Below the pieces are notes generated by a model, which was not told where the DNA came from, made no database searches, and was given only the letters and a program-made list of their open reading frames with translations. A stretch of 64,000 bases of DNA from an uncultured Candidatus Saccharibacteria bacterium (GTDB lineage Bacteria; Patescibacteriota; Minisyncoccia; Minisyncoccales; CSSED10-335): NCBI GenBank assembly GCA_964586065.1, contig CAZPFW010000001.1:195614-259613 (forward strand). The letters run 5' to 3'. Shown one piece after another: positions 19,971 to 29,276 of the stretch. Position 1 is the stretch's first letter, and each line of letters opens with the position of its first letter. Both the position numbers and the translations under genes were made by a program.

Positions 19971-20637
19971 ATTCTTTATTCTCTTTCAGGCAACGCACCG
20001 AGAAAGCTTTTTCTTTTTCGTAGGTTGATCTGTAGATTCCGGAATAATCATTTCTCACATGCCTTGACCAAGCATTGGGCCCCGATTCTGAAACCGCCCA
20101 GAAATAAGCAAATGCGTCTTCACCAAAATATTGTCCTGTTAAATCTCTGTAACCCCCCATAATGGCTTCAAATCCCGAAGGATTGCAATCCAAATGAGAA
20201 CAATAATTTTCAGATTTGAGTCTGTCCCCAATTTCTCCCGATTCTCGCCATCCAATTCCCGCCAGGTCTTCATCACTCATCTCAAGATTTTTTTCCAATT
20301 CAAGCCAGTCTGATTCTTCGGGAAGAACCCACCCATCGGGACATACATTCATTGCCGCTTCCCAATCATACAATCCCCCATAGAGGAGACACTTTTCTTG
20401 GTCGTCATCGTAACAATAACGATTGATCCGACTACCGTCGCTACCGCTTGTCGTTTTTATATTTTCGGCCATCCAGCAATTATCTCCGATTATTACCGTC
20501 TTATATTTGTTGCCGTCGGCATCAGCCACTGTTCCACACCCTCCGATCAATTCTTTTGATTTCACTAAAAAGAAAAAGATTAAGAGAGCTATAAGAACAA
20601 GAACCCCGACTATTATTGCTATGCGCTTTTTATTCAT
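19969..20637 (-). CDS. TM-anchored secreted protein with Fib_succ_major (TIGR02145-like) domain, second paralogue
   Basis: CWMAENI, GGLYDWEAAMNVCPDGWVLPE, GFEAIMGGY, FSVRCLKE; N-terminal helix. Confidence 0.7.
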   Translation of the reverse strand: MNKKRIAIIVGVLVLIALLIFFFLVKSKELIGGCGTVADADGNKYKTVIIGDNCWMAENIKTTSGSDGSRINRYCYDDDQEKCLLYGGLYDWEAAMNVCPDGWVLPEESDWLELEKNLEMSDEDLAGIGWRESGEIGDRLKSENYCSHLDCNPSGFEAIMGGYRDLTGQYFGEDAFAYFWAVSESGPNAWSRHVRNDYSGIYRSTYEKEKAFSVRCLKENKE

Positions 20638-20671
20638 ACCTGTATCTTATTAAGTTTAATTAAGAGTCTTT

Positions 20672-21127
20672 TCATTTATCGCCGCAAGCCATCACATTGC
20701 CTTCCTCCGAAAAGACAATAATTGCAAAACCACCTGAACCCGCTATCTCGTCAGCCGATGATTCGAATTCTGTCTCTGATACTCCCGATCTAAGATTATT
20801 TAATCGAGTCTTACTTTCTCCCAAATCAGAACAATTTCCCGAAAATATTGCCACATTGCCACTGAAATCATCAAGTAAAACCAATACTTTACTGCTGCCA
20901 TCACTATATTCGTCTATCGTTGCGGTTCCAAAAAAACCTGAATCGTTAAACTCTTTAAGGTCAACTAAAACTGTATTAATCATGTCAGCCGGTCCGGCCT
21001 CATGCTGTGGAGGCCTGACCAATTCTTCAATCGGCTCGGTCTTATCCCGATGAGTCACAAAGTAACCGATTAAAACAATGAGAACTATTGCCACTATCGA
21101 TATTATTATCAGCCTTTTTTTATTCAT
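20672..21127 (-). CDS. Hypothetical TM-anchored extracellular protein
   Basis: N-terminal helix IIISIVAIVLIVLIGYF; no family recognised. Confidence 0.4.
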   Translation of the reverse strand: MNKKRLIIISIVAIVLIVLIGYFVTHRDKTEPIEELVRPPQHEAGPADMINTVLVDLKEFNDSGFFGTATIDEYSDGSSKVLVLLDDFSGNVAIFSGNCSDLGESKTRLNNLRSGVSETEFESSADEIAGSGGFAIIVFSEEGNVMACGDK

Positions 21128-21201
21128 ATCTATAAATTAATTTTTAGTTTTTTACTTACTAACTCACTCTATCAATTATGAATACTACGAGCAAGTAATG
21201 A

Positions 21202-21591
21202 CTAAATTATTAAGAATTGAACGGAGACAATCATCAACCCGCTTAAAACAATGGTGCCAGCTAACCTTGGAGAAAGTTCCAAACCAATTCTTGAGCAAAA
21301 CTCCGTTGACCATTTGTAGACATAGTTAAGATCCGTGGTAAATTTCTCTCCTCTTGCCATGTGAGTTAATGTTGTAAGAATGCAAACCAGATCAAATCTT
21401 TTAGTGTAAAAACTTAAGATAAAGCCCCATAAAACTTGATGAATTACAACTAATAATGTGATCAGAAAATGAAATTTAACTTTCTCGTCCCAAACCCTTA
21501 AAGGAACGAGAAAAAGAGTTGCCCATCCCGCAACCATTATAAAATGGATCCAAAAGAATAACTCTGAAAGTAACGTCCGACTCTTTTTCAT
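21202..21591 (-). CDS. Small integral membrane protein (4 predicted helices; possibly DUF2784-like)
   Basis: Hydrophobicity pattern only. VCILTTLTHMAR loosely resembles the DUF2784 CPLT motif. Confidence 0.35.
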   Translation of the reverse strand: MKKSRTLLSELFFWIHFIMVAGWATLFLVPLRVWDEKVKFHFLITLLVVIHQVLWGFILSFYTKRFDLVCILTTLTHMARGEKFTTDLNYVYKWSTEFCSRIGLELSPRLAGTIVLSGLMIVSVQFLII

Positions 21592-21640
21592 TTGTAAAAA
21601 GAATAAAGTCTAATATAATAAGATTATATAATCAGAAAAG

Positions 21641-22510
21641 ATGAAATACAAGATTACAATACTTTTATTGTCAGTTTTAATATTGACAACTCCAAACAAT
21701 ACCTTTGCTTTAACTAAGAAAGATCAATTGTTAAGAAGAATAGAAATTGTCAAAGAAGAGATTTCATTACTCCAAACTCTTATAAAGAATTTCTATGCGC
21801 GAGATCACGTTGCTGCCGCATCATACTTGGTAAAGGACCTTTCCACAGGAGAAATTCTCGCGGAATCAAATCCTGAAAATCTCCACTCCATCGCTTCAAT
21901 AACAAAAATGATGACCGCTATCGTAGCAAAAGAAGAAGTTGTTTCTCAAAAAGAATTAATTCTGACTTCGGAAATGTTAAGGCCTTACGGAAGTAGCCCG
22001 ACTCTCTTTCCCGGGGCAAAGTTATCGTTAAACGATCTGATAAGAGCCAGCTTGATTCAATCAAGCAATGACGCCGCCGAAGCACTCTCTTTCTTTCAAG
22101 ATCACGACTATTTCATATCAAGAATGAACTCAAAGGCGAAAGAAATCGGAATGGAAAAAACCATTTTCTATGATGCTCACGGGCTTAACCCGGCAAACAG
22201 ATCCACCGCTTCAGATCTGTCCAAGATGATTGCTTATGTTTCTGATCATCATAAAGATTTATTGGAAATTACAAGAGACAATGATTTTTGGCTACCCGAT
22301 TCTCAAGGGAGAATGCTCAAGTTCTCAAATATGAATAATTTCTACTATCTCTCTTCTTTTATGGGAGGGAAAACCGGCTATCTCCCGGAAGCTCGCCAAA
22401 CATTGGCATCAGTTTTTGAAATCAACGAAAAACCTGTGGTGATAATCATACTTAACTCCGATAACCGACAAGCGGACCTTTTCTCAATTATGAGAAAGCT
22501 CTCAAAGTAA
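21641..22510 (+). CDS. D-alanyl-D-alanine carboxypeptidase (S11 serine peptidase / low-MW PBP)
   Basis: SxxK (ASITK), SxN (SSND) and KTG (GGKTGY) motifs in the correct order; signal-like N-terminus. Confidence 0.8.
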   Translation: MKYKITILLLSVLILTTPNNTFALTKKDQLLRRIEIVKEEISLLQTLIKNFYARDHVAAASYLVKDLSTGEILAESNPENLHSIASITKMMTAIVAKEEVVSQKELILTSEMLRPYGSSPTLFPGAKLSLNDLIRASLIQSSNDAAEALSFFQDHDYFISRMNSKAKEIGMEKTIFYDAHGLNPANRSTASDLSKMIAYVSDHHKDLLEITRDNDFWLPDSQGRMLKFSNMNNFYYLSSFMGGKTGYLPEARQTLASVFEINEKPVVIIILNSDNRQADLFSIMRKLSK

Positions 22511-23563
22511 TCAACGATCTATCATACTCCATATCCGATTTATTTCTTTAACTCTGTAAGCGATACAACCTCCTTGACAAGCCATGATCTTCATAAACTT
22601 ACATCCCCTACAACTCTCGTCAATCGGAACAATATATTTAAAAGAATCCCATCTGTTCTTAAAGTAACCAACTATCTCTTCAACATTTACAAAATTATTC
22701 ATGCTTGTTTTCTCCGAAAACATCGGGAAACATCTGATAACCTTTTTATCTATTGTAAAATCGATAACCGGTTCGCATTTCGGATAATTTGAAAGCCCGA
22801 CTAATCTCTTGGCTTCTCTGGGGTTTCCTCCGTCAGAAATAAACGAAGCGCAAGCAAACTCGTTTAGTCTCTTCATAAAGTCTCTCTCTCCCGACGTTAA
22901 GATACATGGTGGGAAAACATTGGCGGCACAATCAAATCTTGGGCTTATTTTCCTTTTGTAAAGTTCTCGAAAAAAATCAAGAACACTTGATTTTATCTCT
23001 CTGCAGTAATCAAGATAACTACTATCTCTCATCTCCTCACTGTTTGGTCCGACTATCGCCACTCTTACATTATTCTTATTATACCTCTCAAGTATCTCTA
23101 TTATATAGTCGTAATCAAACCCCGGTTTATACATATTAATTCCAAAAGAGATTCTTTCTTTGGGAAACGGAGAAATATTCTCCATATTTTTTAATATCTT
23201 TCTGTAATTGTTTTCTCCTATATCATTTGGAGAGTTGAGATTGACTAAAAGCCTTACTTTGGGATTCTTAATTTGATTTTGAATCCTTTCCAAACAGATC
23301 CCGTTGGTAAATATCAATATAGTTTCCGCCTTTTTATGAGATATCAAATATTCAATCAGCTCTGTTATTTGAGGATGAAGCATCGGCTCACCTCCAAGAA
23401 TACCTATCTTGGATCTTGTACGAAGTATGAATTCAGCAATCTCTTTAAAGTCTTCAATTTTTATCTGTTTATCTAATTTCCTGTCATTGGAATCAACAAA
23501 CTCGTTGGCAAAACAATATTTGCATTGCAGATTGCAGACTTCATTTATCATTATATTTGCCAC
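22511..23563 (-). CDS. Radical SAM protein with C-terminal SPASM-like Cys cluster
   Basis: CNLQCKYC (Cx3Cx2C) at the N-terminus; C-terminal CRGCKFMKIMACQGGC. The start is probably ATG at 23551 (AAGGTGG 8 nt upstream). The stop abuts the stop of the convergent carboxypeptidase gene. Confidence 0.8.
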   Translation of the reverse strand: MANIMINEVCNLQCKYCFANEFVDSNDRKLDKQIKIEDFKEIAEFILRTRSKIGILGGEPMLHPQITELIEYLISHKKAETILIFTNGICLERIQNQIKNPKVRLLVNLNSPNDIGENNYRKILKNMENISPFPKERISFGINMYKPGFDYDYIIEILERYNKNNVRVAIVGPNSEEMRDSSYLDYCREIKSSVLDFFRELYKRKISPRFDCAANVFPPCILTSGERDFMKRLNEFACASFISDGGNPREAKRLVGLSNYPKCEPVIDFTIDKKVIRCFPMFSEKTSMNNFVNVEEIVGYFKNRWDSFKYIVPIDESCRGCKFMKIMACQGGCIAYRVKEINRIWSMIDR

Positions 23564-23675
23564 CTTTTTATAATTTTAAGATATAATCACTTTATCATAA
23601 AAAAAGCGAGAGGCAACGTTGCTTAACTTATGATTTGTAAGTATAATACGATAAGTTAAAGATTAATTTAAAAAA

Positions 23676-24653
23676 ATGAACTTGTTTAAAAATAAATTTT
23701 TCATCATTGCGATCGTTCTTGTTGCAATCTTTTTAGCAATATTCTTCTTTACTCCCGCAAAAGAAGTTGAGACAAGAAAGATTAAGTTGGGTTATATGTC
23801 GGGAGAAGCAATCCATGCTGGGCTACCCGTATTGGCCGCTCAAGAGAAAGGATATTTTGAAGAAGAAGGACTTGACGTTGAGTTTGTGAAGATAAATCCA
23901 GGAATAGTCGTCCCCGCTTTATTGAGCGGAGAGATTGATTATTCTTCAATTGACGGGGGTACGATTGGTGCCGCACTTGAAGGAGCTCACTTGTCAACTA
24001 TCGCCATTAAAACCAGCCATCGCGGTCTCCGTCTTATAGCTAAACCAGAGACGAATGTTGAAGACATAAGATTGATCGGGGTTCAGTATTACAACACTCC
24101 GGCTCACTATTTAGCTCTTCGAGTGATAGAAGATTATAATCTTGATGCCGATGTTATTGCATCGGAACAAACGGTTGTTTCAATGCTTGTTAGTAATCAA
24201 GTTGATGCCATAGTTGTTCAGGCATTTAATGCTATTAAGCTGACTGAACAAGGCTATTTAAACTTAGGCGTCTTTGATGAGCCGATAACACCGGGAGGAT
24301 TATCTGTAAGAAAAGAGATCTTAGATGAAAATCCGGGTGAAGTTCAAAAAATGGTAAAAGCTTATCAAAGAGGAGTGGACTTCATTCTGAATGGTCCTTC
24401 CGATGAAGTTATTGATCTAATCATAAAACATCTTGATGTAGAAAAGAATGAAGAAAACCTTGAGATGGCGACTCTTGCTTACCCGATAACCGTAGAATTG
24501 TTTAAAACTGAGGGCTCATCTGTAAAAGACGGAGCGAAATTATTAATACAACTATCAAAAGTAAAAGAATATACGAGCCTTGAAGATATTAGAAACGAAG
24601 TCGTCACTCAAGAAGAGATCGATTCTATCTTAAATCTCAGCTTCATAGACTAA
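23676..24653 (+). CDS. ABC transporter substrate-binding protein (NMT1/THI5, SsuA/TauA-like)
   Basis: TM/signal anchor, then periplasmic-binding-fold pattern (KLGYMSGEAIHAGLPVLAAQEKGYFEEEGLDVEF). Followed by cognate ATPase and permease genes. Confidence 0.7.
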   Translation: MNLFKNKFFIIAIVLVAIFLAIFFFTPAKEVETRKIKLGYMSGEAIHAGLPVLAAQEKGYFEEEGLDVEFVKINPGIVVPALLSGEIDYSSIDGGTIGAALEGAHLSTIAIKTSHRGLRLIAKPETNVEDIRLIGVQYYNTPAHYLALRVIEDYNLDADVIASEQTVVSMLVSNQVDAIVVQAFNAIKLTEQGYLNLGVFDEPITPGGLSVRKEILDENPGEVQKMVKAYQRGVDFILNGPSDEVIDLIIKHLDVEKNEENLEMATLAYPITVELFKTEGSSVKDGAKLLIQLSKVKEYTSLEDIRNEVVTQEEIDSILNLSFID

Positions 24654-24670
24654 AGAGTTTTTGATCATTA

Positions 24671-25432
24671 ATGATTGAATTCAAAAATGTAACCAAGAAA
24701 TTTGAGTCTCTTTTAGTTTTGGATGAAGTTAACTTTTCTATCGAAAAAGGCTCTTTTGTATCAATTGTTGGACCCAGCGGTTGTGGAAAGACCACCACCT
24801 TAAGAATGATTGCCGGATTGTCAGACCCAACTTCTGGAGACATATTAATATGTCGAAAAAGTCCCAAAGAGATGTTAAAAGAGAGATCTTTTGGCTTTGT
24901 ATTCCAAGACCCAACGCTTTTAGAATGGAGAAATGTGAGAGATAATATAGCATTACCTTTAGAGATATTCGATAAAGTGAATAACGAAAAGATTCAAAAG
25001 TTTATCAATATTGTCGGGCTCAACAGTTTTGAGAATTATTATCCCAACCAACTAAGCGGAGGAATGCAACAACGAGTAGCAATTGCACGAGCTTTGATAT
25101 TGGAACCGCCTATACTTTTAATGGATGAACCTTTCGGTTCTTTGGATGAAATAACAAGAAATCAGATGAATAGTGAGTTAATGAGAATCTGGAATGATGA
25201 CAGTATGAGTTCCACAACAATCGTTTTTGTTACTCATTCAATATCGGAGGCCGTATTCCTTTCCGATAAAGTTTTAGTAATGTCCCAAATACCGGCTAAA
25301 ATAAAAGAAGAAATTGAAATAAATATTGAGCGCCCCAGAATTGAAGAGATTAAATCATCGAAAGAATATCTTGGAAAAGTTACCCGATTAAGAAATCTTT
25401 TAAGCGAAGATCTTCATGAACTCCAGATTTAA
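24671..25432 (+). CDS. ABC transporter ATP-binding protein (NitT/TauT family)
   Basis: GPSGCGKTT (Walker A), [15 protein letters not shown] (signature), [11 protein letters not shown] (Walker B). Confidence 0.88.
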   Translation: MIEFKNVTKKFESLLVLDEVNFSIEKGSFVSIVGPSGCGKTTTLRMIAGLSDPTSGDILICRKSPKEMLKERSFGFVFQDPTLLEWRNVRDNIALPLEIFDKVNNEKIQKFINIVGLNSFENYYPNQLSGGMQQRVAIARALILEPPILLMDEPFGSLDEITRNQMNSELMRIWNDDSMSSTTIVFVTHSISEAVFLSDKVLVMSQIPAKIKEEIEINIERPRIEEIKSSKEYLGKVTRLRNLLSEDLHELQI

Positions 25433-26171
25433 AGAATATTTGTCTCCTTTCATCTTTTTTTTGATTATTTTTGGGCTATGGGAACTCTTGGCAATTAACA
25501 CTTCTCTGCCGACCTTCTTATTCCCTAAACCAACAGGAATTATAACTGAATTATTCAGAAGATTCCCTTATTTTATGGAACATCTTTTGATCACTTTAAG
25601 AATCGCGTTATTGGGTTATATCATTGCCAATATATTCAGTTTTTTAACGGCGATTATCTTCGTGCATTTCAAGAAAGTAGAACGTATTTTATATCCTTAT
25701 ATCATCGCATTGAAGATAGCTCCAATCTTAGCTCTCTCTCCTTTCATTGTTCTTCTTTTTGGAATCGGTGTTGTCTCCAAGATCATTATAGTAATTATTG
25801 TCTGTTTCTTTCCTTTTTTGGTCAATGTCGTCAGTGGATTGCAAATCACCGACCAAGCCAAATTAGATCTTTTTCATTCACTCTCCGCCAGTAAAAGTCA
25901 AATATTTTTTAAATTAAGATTACCGAACTCTCTTTCTTATATCTTTCCAGCACTTAAACTGACGTCAACTCTTGCAATAACGGGAGCTTTTGTGGGTGAA
26001 TTCATCGCCAGCAATAAGGGTATCGGATATGTCGTCTTAATCGCAACAAGAACTCTCAAGACAGAGACCGCATTGGCTGCAATAACTCTTATAGTCGTTA
26101 CCGGAATAATACTTTTTACTCTTATTGATCTTTTGGAAAAGAAGATTCTCTTTTGGCAAAAACCAAATTAA
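25416..26171 (+). CDS. ABC transporter permease (NitT/TauT family)
   Basis: Six hydrophobic segments with a binding-protein-dependent transport EAA-like loop; overlaps the ATPase gene by 17 nt. Confidence 0.8.
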   Translation: MNSRFKEYLSPFIFFLIIFGLWELLAINTSLPTFLFPKPTGIITELFRRFPYFMEHLLITLRIALLGYIIANIFSFLTAIIFVHFKKVERILYPYIIALKIAPILALSPFIVLLFGIGVVSKIIIVIIVCFFPFLVNVVSGLQITDQAKLDLFHSLSASKSQIFFKLRLPNSLSYIFPALKLTSTLAITGAFVGEFIASNKGIGYVVLIATRTLKTETALAAITLIVVTGIILFTLIDLLEKKILFWQKPN

Positions 26172-26216
26172 AACAGTGCATCTTTTTGCACTGTTTTTAA
26201 AAATATCAACTCGAGA

Positions 26217-26573
26217 TTATTTCTTTTTTGTCGATTTCTTTGGATTGCTCTTTTCTATCTTTGGCCAATGAGCTTTCAATCTCTTTGAAAGCCTTTCAAC
26301 CTCTTCTTCACTGACGCTCTTCATCTTCTTATATTTCTCAGAGACTTGATCTATAATCTTGTTGTAAGCCTCTCGATTTACCTCTTTGGCTTTTTCTATC
26401 TTCTCTATCACTTCCCCTTTCATCTTTAACATCCATCCTTTCAGTTTCTTCCTATTCTTGTCGCCTTCCGGTCCATAGAGAAAATATCCGACCGCAACAG
26501 CAGCAATCGCCAAGCCTGTTACAGCCACACCTTTGATAATTCCGTCTTTTTTACTCTTTTTATTTTCAGCCAT
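26217..26573 (-). CDS. YtxH-domain protein
   Basis: Single N-terminal helix GVAVTGLAIAAVAVGYFLYGPEG followed by a charged coiled region; typical YtxH layout. Confidence 0.55.
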   Translation of the reverse strand: MAENKKSKKDGIIKGVAVTGLAIAAVAVGYFLYGPEGDKNRKKLKGWMLKMKGEVIEKIEKAKEVNREAYNKIIDQVSEKYKKMKSVSEEEVERLSKRLKAHWPKIEKSNPKKSTKKK

Positions 26574-26577
26574 AATT

Positions 26578-26961
26578 TTATTTTTTTGGTTTACGACCTT
26601 TCTTTGGTTTAATTATATTTTCAATAATGGAATTAAATAATTTAAAAATCATTAAAACGCTTGTTTTAGCTTCTTTCCTCACTTCATTTGCGTCATCTCT
26701 TATCTTATCGGCGCCGATTGCAATCTTTTCCACTTGATTATTTATCGTGGCGGAAATTGATTTAATGTTCTTTAAAATTTTATAAGAAAAGTATGCAATA
26801 ATACTTGTCAAAATCAACCAAAAGAAAGTTAAAATTATTACCGATGCTCCTGTAATGAAAAAGAAGATATCTGATTTCAAAAACGTTTCCATATTTTTAG
26901 TTAAAATTTTAGTTGCTTGAGGTAATTTTAAAACAAAATTGATAATCCGTCCAATCTTCAA
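26578..26961 (-). CDS. Hypothetical membrane protein
   Basis: One or two TM helices then a charged helix; no family recognised. Confidence 0.35.
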   Translation of the reverse strand: MKIGRIINFVLKLPQATKILTKNMETFLKSDIFFFITGASVIILTFFWLILTSIIAYFSYKILKNIKSISATINNQVEKIAIGADKIRDDANEVRKEAKTSVLMIFKLFNSIIENIIKPKKGRKPKK

Positions 26962-27068
26962 TTAATTTTCTTAAAATATCAACGATTATCAACTCTCTTT
27001 CCAAACGTCATAGAAAGAGATATTCAACTATTAAAATCTGATATCTTGCTGATTGATGTATCTCAATG

Positions 27069-27356
27069 TTATTGATCTTTGACCTTTATTATCTTGATAG
27101 CCTTACCCTTAACCAATGCCTCGGTAATCTTTTTTCGAGCCGAAACCACTATTCTTTGAAGAGTGGCCTGAGAGATTCCCATTTGAGAAGCGGCCTCCCT
27201 TTGATTTAAGTTCTCTAAATCGCACAAACGTAAAGATTCCAATTCATCTACCTGTAACTCAACCTCATCCAATGACGATAGAGGTATTGCTTTGGGCTTA
27301 AAATGAATCGCTCTCGGACTAAAAGATATTCTTCTCGGTTTAAGAGGTCTTGCCAT
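27069..27356 (-). CDS. DUF134 (UPF0251) family putative DNA-binding protein
   Basis: MARPLKPRRISFSP..HFKPKAIP..LQVDELESLRLCDLENLNQREAASQMGISQATLQRIVVSARKKITEALVKGKAIKI matches the DUF134 pattern (sigma region-4-like HTH). Confidence 0.75.
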   Translation of the reverse strand: MARPLKPRRISFSPRAIHFKPKAIPLSSLDEVELQVDELESLRLCDLENLNQREAASQMGISQATLQRIVVSARKKITEALVKGKAIKIIKVKDQ

Positions 27357-27358
27357 GT

Positions 27359-28408
27359 CTATTTTCTAACTAAACTTACATTACAATTTGGACATTTCAA
27401 AAGAGAACAAGCTTCACCCGATCTATGCGAAACTTCATAACTACATTGAGAACAAACGCAGAGACCGCCGGGTCCTTTCCCTTCCGCCCCTTCCAATTCA
27501 TCCATAAACCTCCCTTTTCTTTGCCAACCAAAGCCTCGCCCAAAAGGTGGTCTGTAAAATCCTGTTTTAGTTTCATGGCTTGCGATCTCTATGGAGACGT
27601 ATTTAAGAGTCTCTATGTTACTCATTAAATCTTTTCTTAATCCGTCGGATATTTTAGTCGCCTCTTCAAGATTTAAATCTTTTGGAAGTTTTATCTCTAA
27701 TTCGGCCGTTATTATTGATCCTTTTTTTTGAGTTTTAAGTGAGGATAATTCTATCTTTTGAAGATCGACTATTTTCTTGATCTCTTTTTCAAATTCATCT
27801 CCGGCGGAAACATCAAGTAATGAGTCAATCGCCTCTCTCCCCAATGAAAATGATTCTTTAATGATATAGAGTCCGATAAATAACGCTAAAAGAGAATCAA
27901 TGGAAACCCAATATTTGGTCAAGAAGAGTCCGACAAAAACCGCTAACGATGCAAAAACATCAACTCTGGAGTGAATTCCATCAGATAATAACGCGATAGA
28001 GTCTTCTTTTTTTCCAAAGTGTATCTTAAGGCGTGCCATTATCTCATTGACAATTGCTGAAAAAATCATAACTCCGAAAGCTAAAAATCCGAAATTAATT
28101 TTTTCCGGATTTAAGAAGCTTTTATAAGCTTCCCAAATTATCCCCAATCCGGTTATCAAGAGAATCAAAGTGATTATAACTCCAGCCAGAACTTCAAACT
28201 TATAATAACCATAAGGGCGTTTCTTATCTTCCGGCCTTTTCGATATTCTAATTCCGACATATCCAACCGCAGAAGAGAATATATCCATGAAAGAATGAAG
28301 CCCTTCGGCCAAAATTGCAATTGAACCGGAAAGAAAACCAACACCGATTTTACCTCCCGCTAGAATTGAATTGGTTAAAATTGATACTAATGCGATTTTT
28401 TCTTTCAC
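27359..28408 (-). CDS. Cation diffusion facilitator (CDF) transporter with extra C-terminal Gly/Arg-rich linker and 6-Cys ribbon
   Basis: CDF membrane domain (SILTNSILAGGKIGVG.., HSFMDIFS, DGIHSRVD) plus cytoplasmic domain, then ..FGRGFGWQRKGR..GPGGLCVCSQCSYEVSHRSGEACSLLKCPNCNVSLVRK. Confidence 0.85.
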   Translation of the reverse strand: MKEKIALVSILTNSILAGGKIGVGFLSGSIAILAEGLHSFMDIFSSAVGYVGIRISKRPEDKKRPYGYYKFEVLAGVIITLILLITGLGIIWEAYKSFLNPEKINFGFLAFGVMIFSAIVNEIMARLKIHFGKKEDSIALLSDGIHSRVDVFASLAVFVGLFLTKYWVSIDSLLALFIGLYIIKESFSLGREAIDSLLDVSAGDEFEKEIKKIVDLQKIELSSLKTQKKGSIITAELEIKLPKDLNLEEATKISDGLRKDLMSNIETLKYVSIEIASHETKTGFYRPPFGRGFGWQRKGRFMDELEGAEGKGPGGLCVCSQCSYEVSHRSGEACSLLKCPNCNVSLVRK

Positions 28409-28409
28409 T

Positions 28410-29276
28410 CTATTTTTCTATGATTTCATTAATAATATTTTTAAAAATTTTCTCATATCTTGAACTAACTTCAGAGATTGGTTTCATCTCTATCGTAGAT
28501 CGAACAAAATCTTTCCTGTAAGGAATTTTACCTATGATCGGAATGTTTTCTTTTTTGGCGAATTTTTCAATTTCTGAACAGAAACCTCTTTCAAGATTAA
28601 ATTTATTAATCACTATCCCGTGATTAATTTTGAAATGATTGGCCAAGTACAAGACTCTTTTAAGATCAAACAAGGCGGAAGGCGTAGGTTCTGTCACAGC
28701 AACGATATAATCAGTTCCGATCAATGAAGCGATAACCGGACATCCGATACCGGCGGGCGTATCTATGATAACAAGCTCCGCTTTTATTCTTTCATTAATT
28801 CGATCCGCATGCTCTCTTAATTCGGCCACCACCTCTCCCGAAGCAAGTTCCCCCAATTTAAGTTCTCCAGAAACCAGATTAGCTCCGTAATTCTTTCCGG
28901 TAAAAACCGTGCCTATCTCTTTTTTTGATTCAGTTATTGCTCCAACCGGACAAGCAATCATGCAGGCTTTACATCCGATACAAAGATCGCTAACAAATGC
29001 AGGGTATCTACCTTCTGCAAAAGCAATGGCGTTTTGTTTGCAAGAAAGAGCGCACTTACCGCATTTTATGCATTTTTTAAAATTCCACTTAGGAATTGTT
29101 TGATAAACGATTGAACATCTCTTTCTCTTTATTGAAAGCAGAAGGTGGTCATTCGGGCATTCGACATCGGCATCCACCAGCATAACCTTTTCTCTTTTAC
29201 CCGCTTCCACGGACAATGATACAGCCACCATCGATTTTCCAACTCCGCCTTTACCTCCTGTGATCGCTATCTTCAT
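28410..29276 (-). CDS. MinD/ParA-type P-loop ATPase with inserted 2x[4Fe-4S] ferredoxin domain (COG1149-like)
   Basis: ITGGKGGVGKS deviant Walker A; CIKCGKCALSCKQNAI and CIGCKACMIACPVGAI ferredoxin motifs. Confidence 0.8.
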   Translation of the reverse strand: MKIAITGGKGGVGKSMVAVSLSVEAGKREKVMLVDADVECPNDHLLLSIKRKRCSIVYQTIPKWNFKKCIKCGKCALSCKQNAIAFAEGRYPAFVSDLCIGCKACMIACPVGAITESKKEIGTVFTGKNYGANLVSGELKLGELASGEVVAELREHADRINERIKAELVIIDTPAGIGCPVIASLIGTDYIVAVTEPTPSALFDLKRVLYLANHFKINHGIVINKFNLERGFCSEIEKFAKKENIPIIGKIPYRKDFVRSTIEMKPISEVSSRYEKIFKNIINEIIEK

